Assembly (NCBI GenBank): GCA_032718475.1 | Contig: JAUCBJ010007520.1 | Coordinates: 33,800-97,799, forward strand | DNA: 64,000 nt | Reading direction: 5' to 3' | Source of the DNA: Nemertoderma westbladi | Taxonomy: Eukaryota; Animalia; Xenacoelomorpha | Shown here: positions 22,721 to 36,402 of the stretch, piece after piece | Numbering within the stretch: the stretch's first letter is position 1 | How the letters are laid out: each line of letters opens with the position of its first letter | Translations under genes and position numbers: made by a program | Notes under the pieces: generated by a model | The model's input: only the letters and a program-made list of their open reading frames with translations | What the model was told of the DNA's origin: nothing | Database searches by the model: none

Positions 22721-25398
22721 GTTTTGTTATCTAAGATGATTTTATTTTTTGCAATCGAGAACTGTTACGATATATGGCGCTGTGTACTAGAACAGCCCAT
22801 CATACAGCATAGAGCGATTAGATAAGTTTTATCGATGTAGAGCATTCATTAGGTAAGGAAATTGAAATATACGAGTTTATATTATTCAACCAATTTTGTA
22901 TAGTATGTAGCCTTACATATGTAATTTTTATAATAAAACCTTAGTATATTAAATTATGGTGGCAAACTTTTGTAAAACATTAATACGAATTTGCCGTTTA
23001 TTGACATTGACTGATCCTAATGTGTATTCGTATTAATTTCGTTTATATTTCCCTACAAACTAATGTTATACTAAATTAATGCTAAATGTGCTTTAATAAT
23101 TGCGAAATTAATGCTACGGCCATAAACCTATAAGCCCACCAAGACAGATTTATTACCATATATGGTAATGATTTGGGAAATGGGGAAGCATAGGGCTATA
23201 ATCCGGCTCTCCCATTGGTTTAGTTATTTTAGGTTGGTCTAATGGTAGTAGGATTTGTTGGACCAATGATATAATCATTGCTTCATACCTATATTTTGTC
23301 AGTGTACCTCAGTATACTTTTAGTGTATGCCAGTGTATACCTGTCCACCAGTATAGCGGTACTGTGCACGTTTTAGTTGACTTTAATGTTTTCGATCTTC
23401 TTGCTTGTCATTTGTACATCAATTTCTGCTTTTAAGCCTATATAATTACAACTTTGAATAATGATCTTCTTGCATTGACTCTTGATTTCTTTAATCTTTG
23501 CGATTGCGATGTAGCAATTCCTTACAAGAATTTCCTTTCAACTGTCAGACTGTTTGTAAATGCATGCGCCGATACAGTAACTATTTGCTTTAGAATGATG
23601 GGCTAAGGGTACCTGTAGGCGTAGCAGGCGCACTGTGGAAGCGACGGAAGGAGGAGTGGAGGATCCAATGTGGGGCAATGCTGGTGGGGGGGGGGGGGGG
23701 GGGGGGGGTAGTTGCGGTTGGGCTAATCAATTAAGGACCGGGGACCGGTCGTCACTACAGTGTTTGGGGGCTGACGATCTAGCTTCGTCTCAACTGTGTA
23801 GTACTAGGGTAGTAATAGCGGTTTAGTTAGGAGAACCGCACGTAGCTTGAGTGGCCTTGCTCTCTCACCCGAGCACTATCACACTAGCTCTATTACCCAA
23901 CTACCATTAGTGTTATTATTACTATATATATTAGTGTGTTGTTAATGCTATTTTATGTTGTGTTGCTGAAGAGAGCCTGGTGTTTGAATATAATGATTAG
24001 ATAGGCGCTACTCTCCCTTGATTGTTTTCTATTTCTTAGTTTATGCATATTAATTGCTGTTAGGTCAAAATAATACAGTATCTAGGCTGTTGCTAGTATA
24101 ACTCAGTAACGTAATAATTAGTAATACATATTCTGGAATACTTAGTAACAAGTACGCAAATTTGTATTTTATGACACTGTAGTTTATTTATCATGTTAGA
24201 ATAAAGTTAAGAACTTGTACGCTGCATAGCGGAGTGGAGAATAGTTGGGTAAATTACTCTTAGAAATACCTTAGGATATTCAACACTAGGCGGTAATTTG
24301 AAAATAGCAGATTAGCAGGCTGACAGAGGTAGCCAGTGTAGCACAGTAGTAATTTTGCTGGCCTAAAGCCAGTGCAAGGCCAAGTTTGACATTAGGACAA
24401 ATAAATAGTCTATCCCATTATAATATTAAAATATTCTCACATTTGACGTTGTCCTGCCCGATAACTGCCTGCATTTCTCTGTGGTAAGTGAACACCGAGT
24501 GCAAACCACCCGCACTTATATTAAGTAGCTTAGGAATCCAACTCGGATTTATTGTTTTGGTTGCTGCTGTTTTGGCTTATAAATTCGAACAGTTAGCTCT
24601 TTGTTGAGAAATCGACAGAGAAAGGAGCATGCGATTGGCAGCGTGAATAATTTGCATAGTAAATGGTTGTGTTTATATAACCCAACAGTAAAGAGTTTTG
24701 TTTGCTGTATCGTTCGACGGTAAGACATTTTGGTAGACGATTCTGCTTGCATCCAACAGTGAAGGAGTTGGATAGTTCAACAGTGAGAGAGCTGATTTTG
24801 TGTTCACTATTCATTTGAAATACAGCAGTTCATTGGGCTGTTAGGGTAGTGTAGTGTATTTATTCACTTTATTATTTGTTCACTAATCACAGAATATAGG
24901 AATTTATTGGGCCATTGGTAATCGTAAATTAGTAAGTTTTAAATTATAGCTAGGTTTGTGAGAATTCAGTTTCGGCCAAAATTATTTATATAATAAAATT
25001 TAGAGTTTTAGTACCGATATGTTGGATAACTGCTTAATTATTTTACACCATCTGGAGATACATGGCGAGATGGAACTTCTGATCCTGGGGTTTGTGTGGG
25101 CCTACGGGTTCGGTTTGCAATCAGCGACGAGACTGAAACCTAGGACGCGGACGTGGAATCTCACAGCGAACAATGTTAGTTGTTCTGTTGGTACCATTGT
25201 AATTGTGAAAGCAGTAAAAAATTACCGGTTGTTTAACTGCGAAACTGAACTCAGTATATTAGTTAGCCATCTATGGTGTTTTGGATCGCTCAGTTGGAGA
25301 GAGAGAGAGTGTCGCAACCTGAAGGTGTAGCCACGCGCCAGTGGATACATATATAAAATTTAAAAGTAAAATTACGCTAATTTGAGCTCTATATATAT

Positions 25399-26770
25399 TA
25401 GGGTGGTGCGTTTTTTACTTTTTTTCGATTTCATTGTTCTACCGGTGCATAAAAGTTGCCAAATGGTAAAAAAATAAGGCAAAAAAAATTTCTTTAAATC
25501 TATGTCTTCACGGATCCCAAGAGGGTTGAAATTTTTTGCCATCGCGATGCACCATAATGAAATTTATAACAATATAACACATTGATGAAAGATCAATGAC
25601 TCAAAAAAGAACTTCCTGCATGCATCAAATGTCATCAAATGGGTCCAAAATTAGTTAGATACCAAAATTTTAATTTTTGGATCAAGGGAAGTTGTGCCAC
25701 AGGCACATGACCAGAACCTACTCTATGGCGCAAGTGATGATTATTCTCAATTTTGGTGATGGACAACATTTAGTTCTCCTACGGCATTATTATTATGCTC
25801 ATTAGAACCGCAATGACCGATTTAGTGGGTGTAGACACCATCAAAACAAGCATAGAGCGAATAGTTCTTGAGATATTACAGAAAATGTCAACATTACTGC
25901 CTTGATAATTTATAGACAAATACACAAAAATGTTACTTCTAATTATCTTAAGGCATCAAAAATATACACATCACTGCAACAAATTGATTTAGTGTATACA
26001 GAGACCTTCAAAATTAAAGAGTACCGGTAGTACGTAATTCACTATAGTTTTTGTACAAAATGTGTGGAATGTGTCAACTCAATATCACATAGTAATTGGT
26101 GGACATAGTCTTGACATTTTGTAAAATAACTCAAGAACTAATGACTCTACTCTTATTTTGAAGGTGTCTTCACCCACAATATCGATCATTTCTGTGATGT
26201 GTCTATTTTTTGATTCCTTGAGATAATTCAAAATATCATTTATTGTGTATTTGTCCATATCACATCAAGGCGGTAATGTAGACTTGTGCTGTACTTCACA
26301 TTTTCTGCGATATCTCAAGAACTATTCGCTCTACGTTTGTTTTAAAGGTGTCTACCCCCACTAAATCGGCCATTGCGGTTCTAATGAGCATAATATGAAT
26401 GCAGTAGGAGAACTCAAAGTTGGCCATCGCGAAAATTGAGAATAATCATCAGTTGCGCCAAATGGTAGGTTCTGGCCATGTGCCTGTGGCACTAGTTCCC
26501 TTGACCCAAAAGTTAAAATTTTGGCATCTAACTAAGTTTGGACCCATTTGATGACATTTGATGCATGCAGGAAGTTCTTTTTTGAGTCATTAATCTTTCA
26601 TCAATGTGTTATATTGTTATACATTTCATTATGGTGCATCGTGATGGCACAAAATTTCAACCCTCTTGGGATCCGTGAAGATATAGATGAAATTTAAAGA
26701 AATTTTTTTTGCCTTATTGTGCACCGGTAGAACAATGAAATCGAAAAAAAGTAAAAAACGCACCGCCCTA
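25399..26770. mobile_element. hAT-like non-autonomous fold-back element with inverted arms of about 600 bp
   Basis: TAGGGTGGTGCG...CGCACCGCCCTA; 8-bp ATATATAT on both sides; arms match as reverse complements over most of the length. Confidence 0.85.
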
Positions 26771-27284
26771 ATATATATATATACAATTAGAAATAGTTCG
26801 GGTGACAAATTTATTTTTTTTGAATTTTCGAATTAGATTCAAAAATATTTTCGTGTCATACCAGTATTTAAATGCTGTATAATAGCTATAGAGCTACATT
26901 TTTGTTTAAATATTATACCGGTATTTACTATAACTATATACAATTAAATTCACAATATTTATATTGTGAATTTACTTTAGTATTTGACATTTGAGACCAA
27001 ATAAATTATTTTGAAAATAATTTAATCGAAATTTCGATTAAATTAATATATATCTCGAAATCTTGCACGTACACCCGCACTGTTACTGTTAAAATAAAGT
27101 GTCCAAACAAGAAAAAGTGTAAAACCAAGGGTTTACACACCTTGGACAGACCGGTCCAGGACATTGTGTTATTAGAGGAAACATGCATTGAGACAGGCAC
27201 CAGCTATGCTATTTGTTGGGGTAAGTCACTTTACCGATGACATTTTTTCTTTGTTTTTTTAATATATATTTGTACATGTTATAT

Positions 27285-27306
27285 ATTGTTGTTGTTGTTG
27301 TTGTTG
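27285..27306. repeat. (TTG)n microsatellite
   Basis: ttgttgttgttgttgttgttg. Confidence 0.8.
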
Positions 27307-27529
27307 CAGCAGAATGAAATACATAAATCTAATCGAATCCTATTCAGCAGCCTACCGGCACTACCGGTAGATGCTAGGCCATTCTATCCAGATAGATTAT
27401 ATGCAGATGTGCCAAACACCCCACCGGATTATAGCTACATCTCACAGAAACCAGAACAGATTATTAACCAATGAGTTAATCACTTAACTCATTAGTGTCA
27501 TTATAACAATATTAGGAATGCATTATTAC

Positions 27530-27700
27530 CTTCACAAGTGGCTATTTGTTGGTTGTCTGATATTGCTCGAGCATGTAGTTGTATTTGTTGGTATCCTGAG
27601 CGGCAAAGACATTCAAATGATCCAACTATGTTATTACAAGTAGTAGTTGTAGGATCACAATTATGCACAATCGATTCACTACCAGAACATTCGTTTATAT
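27530..27700 (-). CDS. Host exon, calcium-binding EGF domain (171 nt, phase 1-1)
   Basis: DINECSGSESIVHNCDPTTTTCNNIVGSFECLCRSGYQQIQLHARAISDNQQIATCE; tttcacag| and |gtaata. Confidence 0.9.
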
Positions 27701-28633
27701 CTGTGAAATTAAACAAAGAGAGAGTCAGTTTTATTTTTATTCAATGATATGATTTATAGCTGACACAAAATAAATAAAATGGTACCAATTATAGTCGCAA
27801 TAAATTGATGACAATTTCATCCAAATAAATTTTTGCAGATCCTTATGCTATATACGAAATACAACGAATTTATGGGATCACGTTTTACAGCTGCAGTTTA
27901 AGTGATTAATTATTTCAGATATATGCAATGAACTTTAATGAAATGCATATGTTAAAATCAAATGAAAAACCATTCTTGTGTTTTTTAAAAAAGTGTGTCT
28001 TCATTTGACCCTTAAAAACTTCTAATTACAGTATTGGATCCCTTAAACAAGGCGACAGCGCATTCCAAACGGTTGGGACTGTATGTATATATAAAAGACC
28101 TTGGTGCAAACAACTCACATAGTATGAGCTAGGTGGGTGCAAACATAGTATGAGATGGGTGGGGGGGGGGGGGAGGTGCAAACATAGTCTGAGCTGGGTG
28201 GGGGTGGGGGGAATTGGACGCACTAAAAATGCATCCCTCTCCAGAGGAAATTAGACGCAAATAACAGCTGATTACTGTCAAAAATAAAACTGTAACCTAT
28301 GTGTTCTATTGTGTTTAGCTTATTGTTCTGGTTAAAATAACGTGCCACTGTAACCTGTTCCTTTCCCTAGGGATATTAATTCACCAAGATGCGATTTGCA
28401 TCCAGTTTAACCCCCTGTCTCACCCTCATAGTCCACTATGCAGTCCAATATTCAGCAGTCCACTAAATTTAGTGGGCCAACATTCTGACTTATACTTACT
28501 TTTGTAAACAATACTTTATTAGGCCCAATACTGGCAGACAGGCTAAACCGTCCATTTTCTCTTATTCCCTTTTAATTGTTTTGTTTTATTTAACAGAACA
28601 TAATGGTTGCAGAAATGGTTGCGTTGGGGGCTG

Positions 28634-29600
28634 TGTTGCCGTTATTTGTAACGCCGATGTAAGTTCGAGAGGGTTATGGATCTCACCGATACTAGTAACT
28701 GGATATTGGATCGGGGAGTGGTTGGATAATGCAGATCAAAAATGAACAATAACGAGTTGGATTGAATCATCAATTTATTCTAACTGTTCTTGTTCTCTAA
28801 AGATTTTAACACTGATATATATATATGGGACTCCCCAAACGCCAATATAAATAGATATACACAATTATGATTTTACAATAATGATAATAAGCCTACAGTA
28901 CAAATTATTTAATCGGGCAGATGACTTTATTTTACTTAGATTTTGACCCCCCAAACTACGTGTGAAACCCGTCCGTCTATTCTGTCCGTGTCTGTCATAA
29001 GTCGGTAGGTAGGCCATCAGAAGTCCGTCGGGTCTATCCCTTATGACGCGTGTCATCATGGCCCAATACCCTTTCAGGCTCGTCCGCTTTCAGGTTGGTC
29101 CTCAGGCAAGCTTAGCAGTTCAAAGCTGACCAGCGCCACTTATGCATTTGTCCCTCTGCACTATTCTAGGTCTAGGCCTTGGCATCCAGGAAATCTACCT
29201 GGTGCCACTTTGTACTTATTTCTGGGAACTCAGGGCCCCTTTAAAAGCACGTTGAGTGACGGTTTTATGTTCAATTGTTCGTAAAAACTGCTGTAACTCA
29301 ATTAATTTTAAATTTATGAAGCTCTGGTTTTTTTCACATGGTGCCCAGGACTTTTCGGATTATTCATTTATTGGAGTTTATGAATTTTATGCATGCCCGC
29401 AACCGAGAATGAAAATAACGCAACAGGCTGTAGTTGGGATACACGTTGGAAATTCCACCTGGAACTCTAATTCCGTCATTATTTAGTTTCCCGAAATATC
29501 CTCAGGAATTTGTGGATAAACATGGATGTCCATTGTCCATCGTTTAAACATAAAGTTGGTGCATACTATGTTGCTGAATGCGGTAATTTGGCACCTTAAT
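28634..29600. repeat. Intronic LTR-like repeat, copy 1
   Basis: Starts TGTTGCCGTTAT; colinear with 31796..33150; far end not resolved. Confidence 0.5.
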
Positions 29601-29867
29601 TTACTTATTTTTATATATTTTCGGGCCTGAAATATTTTTATCCGGCTAAATCTGTGTCATCACCAATTTTTTTAAATAGCCAAATTCAAATTGCAAACAA
29701 TTGAAAACAATTATTTAAAAGAGTAAATTATTAGTAGCAGTAGGTAAGAATAAAGCTAGTGATAAAGCTAGTGACTAGGAGGACTATTGTTGTATTGCAT
29801 TAGATAAAACCTTGTTTATGTAGTAGACCTATAGTAATTTATTAAATACATAAGAATGAATTATTAC

Positions 29868-30005
29868 CTTCACATTTACCATCGCTCATATGTTTGTATC
29901 CTGAGAGGCAATCACATTCGAATGATCCATCTATGTTACTGCAGGCAGTAGTGGATAAATCACAGTTGTGCTCAATAGAATCACTACCTGAACATTCGTT
30001 TATAT
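29868..30005 (-). CDS. Host exon, calcium-binding EGF domain (138 nt, phase 1-1)
   Basis: DINECSGSDSIEHNCDLSTTACSNIDGSFECDCLSGYKHMSDGKCE; canonical AG/GT. Confidence 0.9.
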
Positions 30006-31499
30006 CTGTGAAATTAAACGAAAATTGGTTATATTTTTATTCAACGATATGATTTATAGATGACGACTGGGCATATTTTAAGTATTCATTGATGGGGCCA
30101 TTTTGTACATCAGCCTCAAAAAGTGGCCCACTACTATCTTAGAAAATGGCCTATCATTTGAGTAGGATACTTGCATCAATGTCTCGCCCCACCACTCCTG
30201 CAACATGCATTGTTACACTCATATCTTTACTAGATCAGTTCCATCCTAACCCGCTTCCCTGGACGTTACATTATATGTATATTACGGGTAGACTATGTAG
30301 ACTAGAAGACTCATCTCAATGGGTTTTCCCATACCGGGTGTCCGGCTGTAGGGACTTACTGTAGGGACATTTTCTTCTTTCAAGTATGCTATTCTGCAGT
30401 AAAGACTGTTTTTTATCTGCTTTATACAGACTACTGCTTTATTATATTCAGATTAATAGTCAAATAGTACAATACTTATTTTTATTATTATTATTATTAT
30501 TATCTTTATTCCAGTCTTAATATAGCAGCCCATAAAAATACCGGTAAATTTATATATCGAGTAAAGCACAATGACAAATAAAGTTAGCAATAAATAAGGA
30601 TCGGTTATTAAAAGATTAAAATTTACGTTAGAAAAAGGGGCCACGAGCAGGACAAAGAACAATAATATATAAAAATAGTACAATAAATATATAATTATGT
30701 AAGGTAGAATATAAGAGTTATAAACATTAAGCAAAAAGAAAAGAAGAAGAACAAACGGATGTACGGCATTACAATATTACGTTTGTGGCACAACATTAGA
30801 TTGGACACCAAAGATACGGCTCGTGGTACATGTTACTAAGCCAACTGTTTTTAAAATTCGGGTTTCAGATGATCTCATGCGATGTAACAGGGACTCCAAC
30901 GCACTGGCGGATATGAACGAGTTTTGGACGATTTAGAGCTCCATACAATGTAATGATGGGTGTATGAGGGATGTCCATCTCTATACTGAATTAATAATAT
31001 AATATAATATTGTATTAGTAGAATAGAATATAATAGATTTAATTATTGATAAAGCTAAACTATCTGTATATAAGAAATGCCCTTTTTCCAATTTGGCCCA
31101 CCAGAAGAAAATTCTAAAAATTACCATTGCTGGAGACAACAAATGACAAACACCATCTTTATAATACAATACAAGTTAATGAAATCTAACCACCTTTTCG
31201 GGTACAGTTTTCAGGTTGTGTATTGTCGGATCTATGCAATAAAATTTTTAGTGTGGTATATCAAATTATGTATAATTCAATTCATACCTATACTTTGGTG
31301 ATAACCTATGACCCACAAACACATAATGGCAGAACGGAGTAAGGAAAAACTGAGACATGTTCAGATGTTTTAGTTTCCCCCGCGTTATGTTGTTCTAGTT
31401 CCAAACTAGACCAACATGAGTATTGCTATAACTACTGTTACCTTTGTACATGAAGTACATCAATTAAATAAATACATAGAGTAGATAATGCTGTATTAC

Positions 31500-31637
31500 C
31501 TTCACATTTGCTAGGGCCCAAATGCTTGAATCCTGAGAGGCAATTACATTCGAATGATCCATCTACGTTAGTGCAGGTAGTAGTGGATAAATCACAGTTG
31601 TGAACAATAGAATCACTACCAGAACATTCGTTTATAT
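31500..31637 (-). CDS. Host exon, calcium-binding EGF domain (138 nt, phase 1-1)
   Basis: DINECSGSDSIVHNCDLSTTTCTNVDGSFECNCLSGFKHLGPSKCE; canonical AG/GT. Confidence 0.9.
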
Positions 31638-31795
31638 CTGTGAAATTAAATGAGAGTCAATTATATTTGTATTCAATGATATGATTTAATGACACTGGCA
31701 CAATAACACCTAATTGGTGGTTATTACACAAGACTAATATGGGCAGCACTAATTAGACTACAATAAATACTTAGCAGGTGCAGCACTAGATTTAG

Positions 31796-33150
31796 TGTTG
31801 CCGTTATTCAGTAACGCCGATGTAAGTTTGAGAGGGTTGTGGATCTCAGCAATACTAGTCACCGGATATTAGATCAAGGAGTGATGGATAATGCAGTCGA
31901 TAAGGAAAAAGAACGAGTTGGGTCGAATCATCAATTTTAATCCTAACTGATCAAGTTCTCTTTGCGCTGATACACACTGATTCCAAATATATGGAACTCC
32001 CCAATATGCCAATATAAATAGAATAATACACAATAATAATAAATTAGTTTTTATAATAAGCAAATTTTACGAAATTATTTAGTCAGTCAGAATTTATTTA
32101 GATTTTAACCCCCCAGAACTATATTTGATGGCCATCAAAGATCCGTCAGTAGTCAGTCGGGTCTATCCCTCACATTGCCTAGTGTCACTGTAGCCCGAAT
32201 ACCTTTCAGGTTCGCGCTACGCTAACCAGCTCCGCTCAGCTGTCGGTCGGGTTGTCAGTTAGCGAGAGAATGCAGCAGTGATGCTGCATATCACTATACA
32301 TCGACTCTTCAGCATAACGCTCGCCACTCATCATCCCCTTTGGGGTGAGTCCTAAGGCAAGTCAAGCGGTTTAACTTCAGGGTTTGTCGGGTCCTCACAA
32401 CACCTAGTGTCACCAGGGTTCGAATCCTTTTCAGGCTTGAACCAAGCTGACTGGCGCCACTTGGGCAGTGCGAGTCCCCTGGTAAAGTGGTCCCTCACAT
32501 ACCACTCGCCCCTCGCCATCCCTTTTGGGTTGGATCCTCAGGCAAGTCAAGTGGCGTAGCTCGGGGTTGGCTGTCCATGTGTCTTTCTCCCGGAGTCCCT
32601 CGTCCTCACGTACCACTCATCCCTCGCCATCCATTTCGGGTTGGGTCCTCAGGCAAGTTAAGCAGCTTAGCTCAGGTTTGTCTGTCCACGTCCCTCTAAT
32701 GTCAGCATAACCCGAATGCTTTTCAGGCTCGTGCTACGCCAACCAGCTTGGCTTGGGGTCCTCACCTTTGTGAAGCCTAGTGTCACCCTAGCCCAAATCC
32801 TTTTCAGGCTCGTGCTAGGCTGACCAGCCCCACTCGGGCATTTGTCCCTTGGCAATCAGGAACTTTGCCTGGAGCCAGATTGGACTCCTGGGAATTTGGG
32901 CCCCATTAAAAGCATTGAGAGGGGCGATTTTGTGTTTAGTCGTCATTAAAAATCGCTGTAACTTTGTTAATTTTAACTTTATATCATTCCGGCTTTTTGA
33001 ACATGGTGTCCGTGACTTTTTGGAATATTCGTTTATTGGAGTTTATAATTTTCATATAAGCCTGGCACTGCAATTGAAAATAACGCGAACATTTAGCCAA
33101 AACCTTCAATTCACTAGACCATATCACACTACGTCCTTTTAACACCACAT
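31796..33150. repeat. Intronic LTR-like repeat, copy 2, with extra internal GC-rich repeats
   Basis: Homologous to 28634..29600; repeated CCTAGTGTCAC, TTTCAGG and TCCTCAGGCAAGT motifs at 32170-32830. Confidence 0.5.
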
Positions 33151-33422
33151 GGTTGTAGTCAGAGATATTGCTATCTGAGCCTGCTGTACTACTAGGAGAT
33201 ACGTGCCAACACGTGCCTTACGTGCCAACAGAAGTGGAAGCTGCTAAATATGTATCATCACCAATTTATTTCAATAGCCAAATTCAAATTGCAAACAATT
33301 TCGAAAACAATTATTTAAGAGAGTAAATTATTAGTTGCAAAAGTCAGGTAGGTAAGAATAAAGCTAGTGATAAAGCTAGTGACTGGGAGGACTATTTTTT
33401 GTATTGCATTAGATAAAACCCT

Positions 33423-36199
33423 AAAGATGCACAACAACTGCACTACTGCACACAACTGCTTGACTCTTGAATTTGCTAATTTGCATTTTGCTAATTTAAT
33501 TAATCTCTATTGTGGATATCTGGGTTCCCTGAAATCTATTTGATTGGTGATGTCGCAGGGCTCTCAGTGGTGCTGCAACTGCGTGGCATGGGCATGTGCA
33601 CCCCGCAATCACCTTGCACCGTCTAAGGGTGGCCAGTGCAGCTGTGTCAAGGCTTTGTCTTGCCTCGCGTCCTTGTCCCGTCCTTGTCTGGCGGAACTGA
33701 ATTGTCTTCTGGAGAATGCCAAAATCCCTTCGTGGCTGTTTCAAACTCATTGGTGACGAGGCAACCAGATGCCGTCGTTTCAACCCAATTTCCGTCATAT
33801 ATTGCCGACAGTGACTCTGAGTTCGGCTCAAATTCAACCGCTACTACAGTAGTTCCTGCGCCAAATGATAGCGATGCCCCGAATGGGTCGTATGTTCTGC
33901 CCCAGGTGATAACGACGGATACAACGCCTACTGTTTCAGGGATCGTGGAAGACGCCTTCAGGGGCGTCTGGTTAAACTGCCAGGCTCCTCCTCCGATCCT
34001 GCCTGGGAGGACCGCCATGCCAGGTTGGTCCAGTTGCGGAGCCGCCGCTATATGGTACCAGGGGGTAACGTCGGGCTGAAGGTGGTAGATGTCCTCACAT
34101 CGGAGTTGGATAAACTGACAGAAGGTGTTCACCCTTTTGAACGCCCCTTGTGTTTCGTTGCCTCCATCTTCCAGCGTGACCCCGACATCACCGATACTCC
34201 CGACATCCGACGGTCCATTCTCCGACGGATCGAGATGTGGGAGCATGCTGACCCCGGGGTGTTATCACCACATCCTGGTCTGCAACCTGTTCCCGTGGTG
34301 TTACCACCACAACCTGGCCTGCCATCTGATCCCGGGTGTTACCACCACAATCTGTCCTGGTACCTGATCCCAGGGTGTTATCACCACAACCTGGTCTGCC
34401 ACCTGATCCCAGGGTGTTACCACCACAACCTGGCCTGCCACCTGATCCCGTGGTGTCAACACCGCAGTCTGTTACACCGACTGATCCCGGGGTGTCACTT
34501 AGCCCACTGCCTGTCCCCAGACAACCACCCAGTTCACCGCCCCAACACCAGTGCTGGTATGCTGACTACGCTTCTTCAGCAGGCACGCTCAACGGAGTCA
34601 GTGATTGGTGGCGCAAACTGTGTCTGGTGGGCACCAGCATCAGCTATAACCCCGAGGCAACAGAGAGTTACCTCGTAGTCAAGCCGGGGCTTGAGGCCAA
34701 GGCCCGCACTGTGTTTGGGATTGGCGGTGTACAACTCGTTTCCGGCCAACGTTTTCTGGTTGGTTTTATCGGGGAGGCCTCACAAAGGATGAAGTTTGTG
34801 ACGAAGAAGGTGTCGGGCTGGGTTAGCAGCATAGGTAAACTCGCAGAGGTGGCCAAGGAATACCCCCAGACCGCTCACACCAGGATGTCCCGGTGTATCC
34901 AAGCGGAATGGGACTACCTCCTGCGGGTTGTCCCTACTGACGAATGCGAGATTGCCCCGATTAGGTCAGCGTTGCTGCGTACATACATTCCGGCACTGTT
35001 TGGAACCCGCCTCGACGAGGCGGACGAGGATTTCATTCTCCTCCCGGTGCGACACGGTGGAGTCGGACTGCGAGACCCACTCATGAGGATGGGTCCAGCG
35101 CGGGAGGCCTCAATAAGTGGGACTTCATTTGTCTCCTCAGCGATCAATTCTGGACAGCCACTCAATGTCACAGACCACGATGCCCAACTGCTTCAGGTCC
35201 TAAAGGAGAGCCGGAGTTCCCAGGATGAGTCATACAAGGAGAGGCAAGACGCGGATGGGGGCACTTCCGGCTCATCGAAGGCGGACTGTCCAGCGGGTTG
35301 TGTCCAATAAGACTGGGGGTTGGTTGATGGCTCAGCCGTCAGCTCTGGACCACACTGACCTCAGCACCGACGAATTCAGAGACAACCTTTCTCTCCAGTA
35401 CGGCCTCGTCCCCCCTGGTCTGCCAGCTAAGTGTGGGGGTTGTGGGGAGTCCTTCTTCACATCCCACGCTTTGAGCTGCAAGTCAGGGGGTCTGATAGTG
35501 AAGCGCCACGACGAAGCCCGTGAGGTATTTGGGGACCTCTTGGCTGTGGTGGTCGGGCCTTCTAGTGTGGAGCGGGAGGTAACCCTCTCACGAGGGTGTT
35601 TGGACTGCGAGGGCCGGGTGGTAGGGGGGGGGTGCGAGCAGACCTTGTCGCTCGGGGAGTCTGGACCAATCAACGGGTGGCATCGTTTGATATATCATTA
35701 ATAAACGCTGACGCAACCTCGTATGACCGTTCGACTGAGTCACTGCTTGAGGAGCGGTGCAGGCTCAAGAAGCGCCACTACCACACCATCTGCGAGGACC
35801 GGAGGATGGCCTTCACCCCGCTGGTTGGCACCACTGACAGTGTCTGGTGCGCTGAGGCCCAGATTTTAATCTGCCACCTCGCCGAGACCCTTGTATCTCG
35901 GAGAGATGGCAGGTGCGAAAGGGGCCTCGCATGTGTCCTGGGGGGTGTTCGCCGGAGGCTGCAGTTTGCGCTCCTCCGGTCCAGCTCCCTCTGCCTCCAT
36001 GTTGGACGGTGGTCTTGGCGAGGGTTAGGGTTCGGGGATGGGGTGGGGATCCGTGGGGTGGGTTTGGTGGGGAATTATTGAATTCGGGGCGTTATACTTG
36101 TACATATCCACATATAGTTAAATATAATTAATAAAAAATATAATTATTGGTGCTGGTATATTATCTATATGGCATATCAAATGGTTTATTATATTGTGT
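33423..36199 (+). mobile_element. CRE-like non-LTR retrotransposon (restriction-like endonuclease class), decayed and internally deleted
   Basis: TSD GATAAAACCCT (33412-33422, 36200-36210); empty site seen in the paralogous intron near 29805; motifs WYADY, LPVRHGGVGLRDP, CGGC...HALSCKSGG...RHD, RADLVARGVW...FDI...KKRHY. Confidence 0.8.
34245..34500. repeat. 39-bp tandem repeat (about 6 units) inside the CRE-like element
   Basis: TGATCCCAGGGTGTTACCACCACAACCTGGCCTGCCACC (DPRVLPPQPGLPP). Confidence 0.9.
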
Positions 36200-36264
36200 G
36201 ATAAAACCCTTTTCATGTAGTAGACCTATAGTAATTTAATAAATACATAAGAATGCCTTATTAC

Positions 36265-36402
36265 CTTCACAATTACCATCACCCATATTTTTGTATCCTG
36301 AGAGGCAATCACATTCGAATGATCCTTGTATGTTAGTGCAGGCAGTAGTGGATAAATCACAGTTGTGCTCAATATAATCACTACCAGAACATTCGTTTAT
36401 AT
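36265..36402 (-). CDS. Host exon, calcium-binding EGF domain (138 nt, phase 1-1)
   Basis: DINECSGSDYIEHNCDLSTTACTNIQGSFECDCLSGYKNMGDGNCE; canonical AG/GT. Confidence 0.9.

Noticed and set aside
23100-25330. Possible decayed gag or LINE ORF1 remnants
   Set aside because: No diagnostic motif survives; boundaries cannot be supported
33647-34246. 199-aa antisense ORF in the CRE-like element
   Set aside because: GC-rich shadow frame with no motifs
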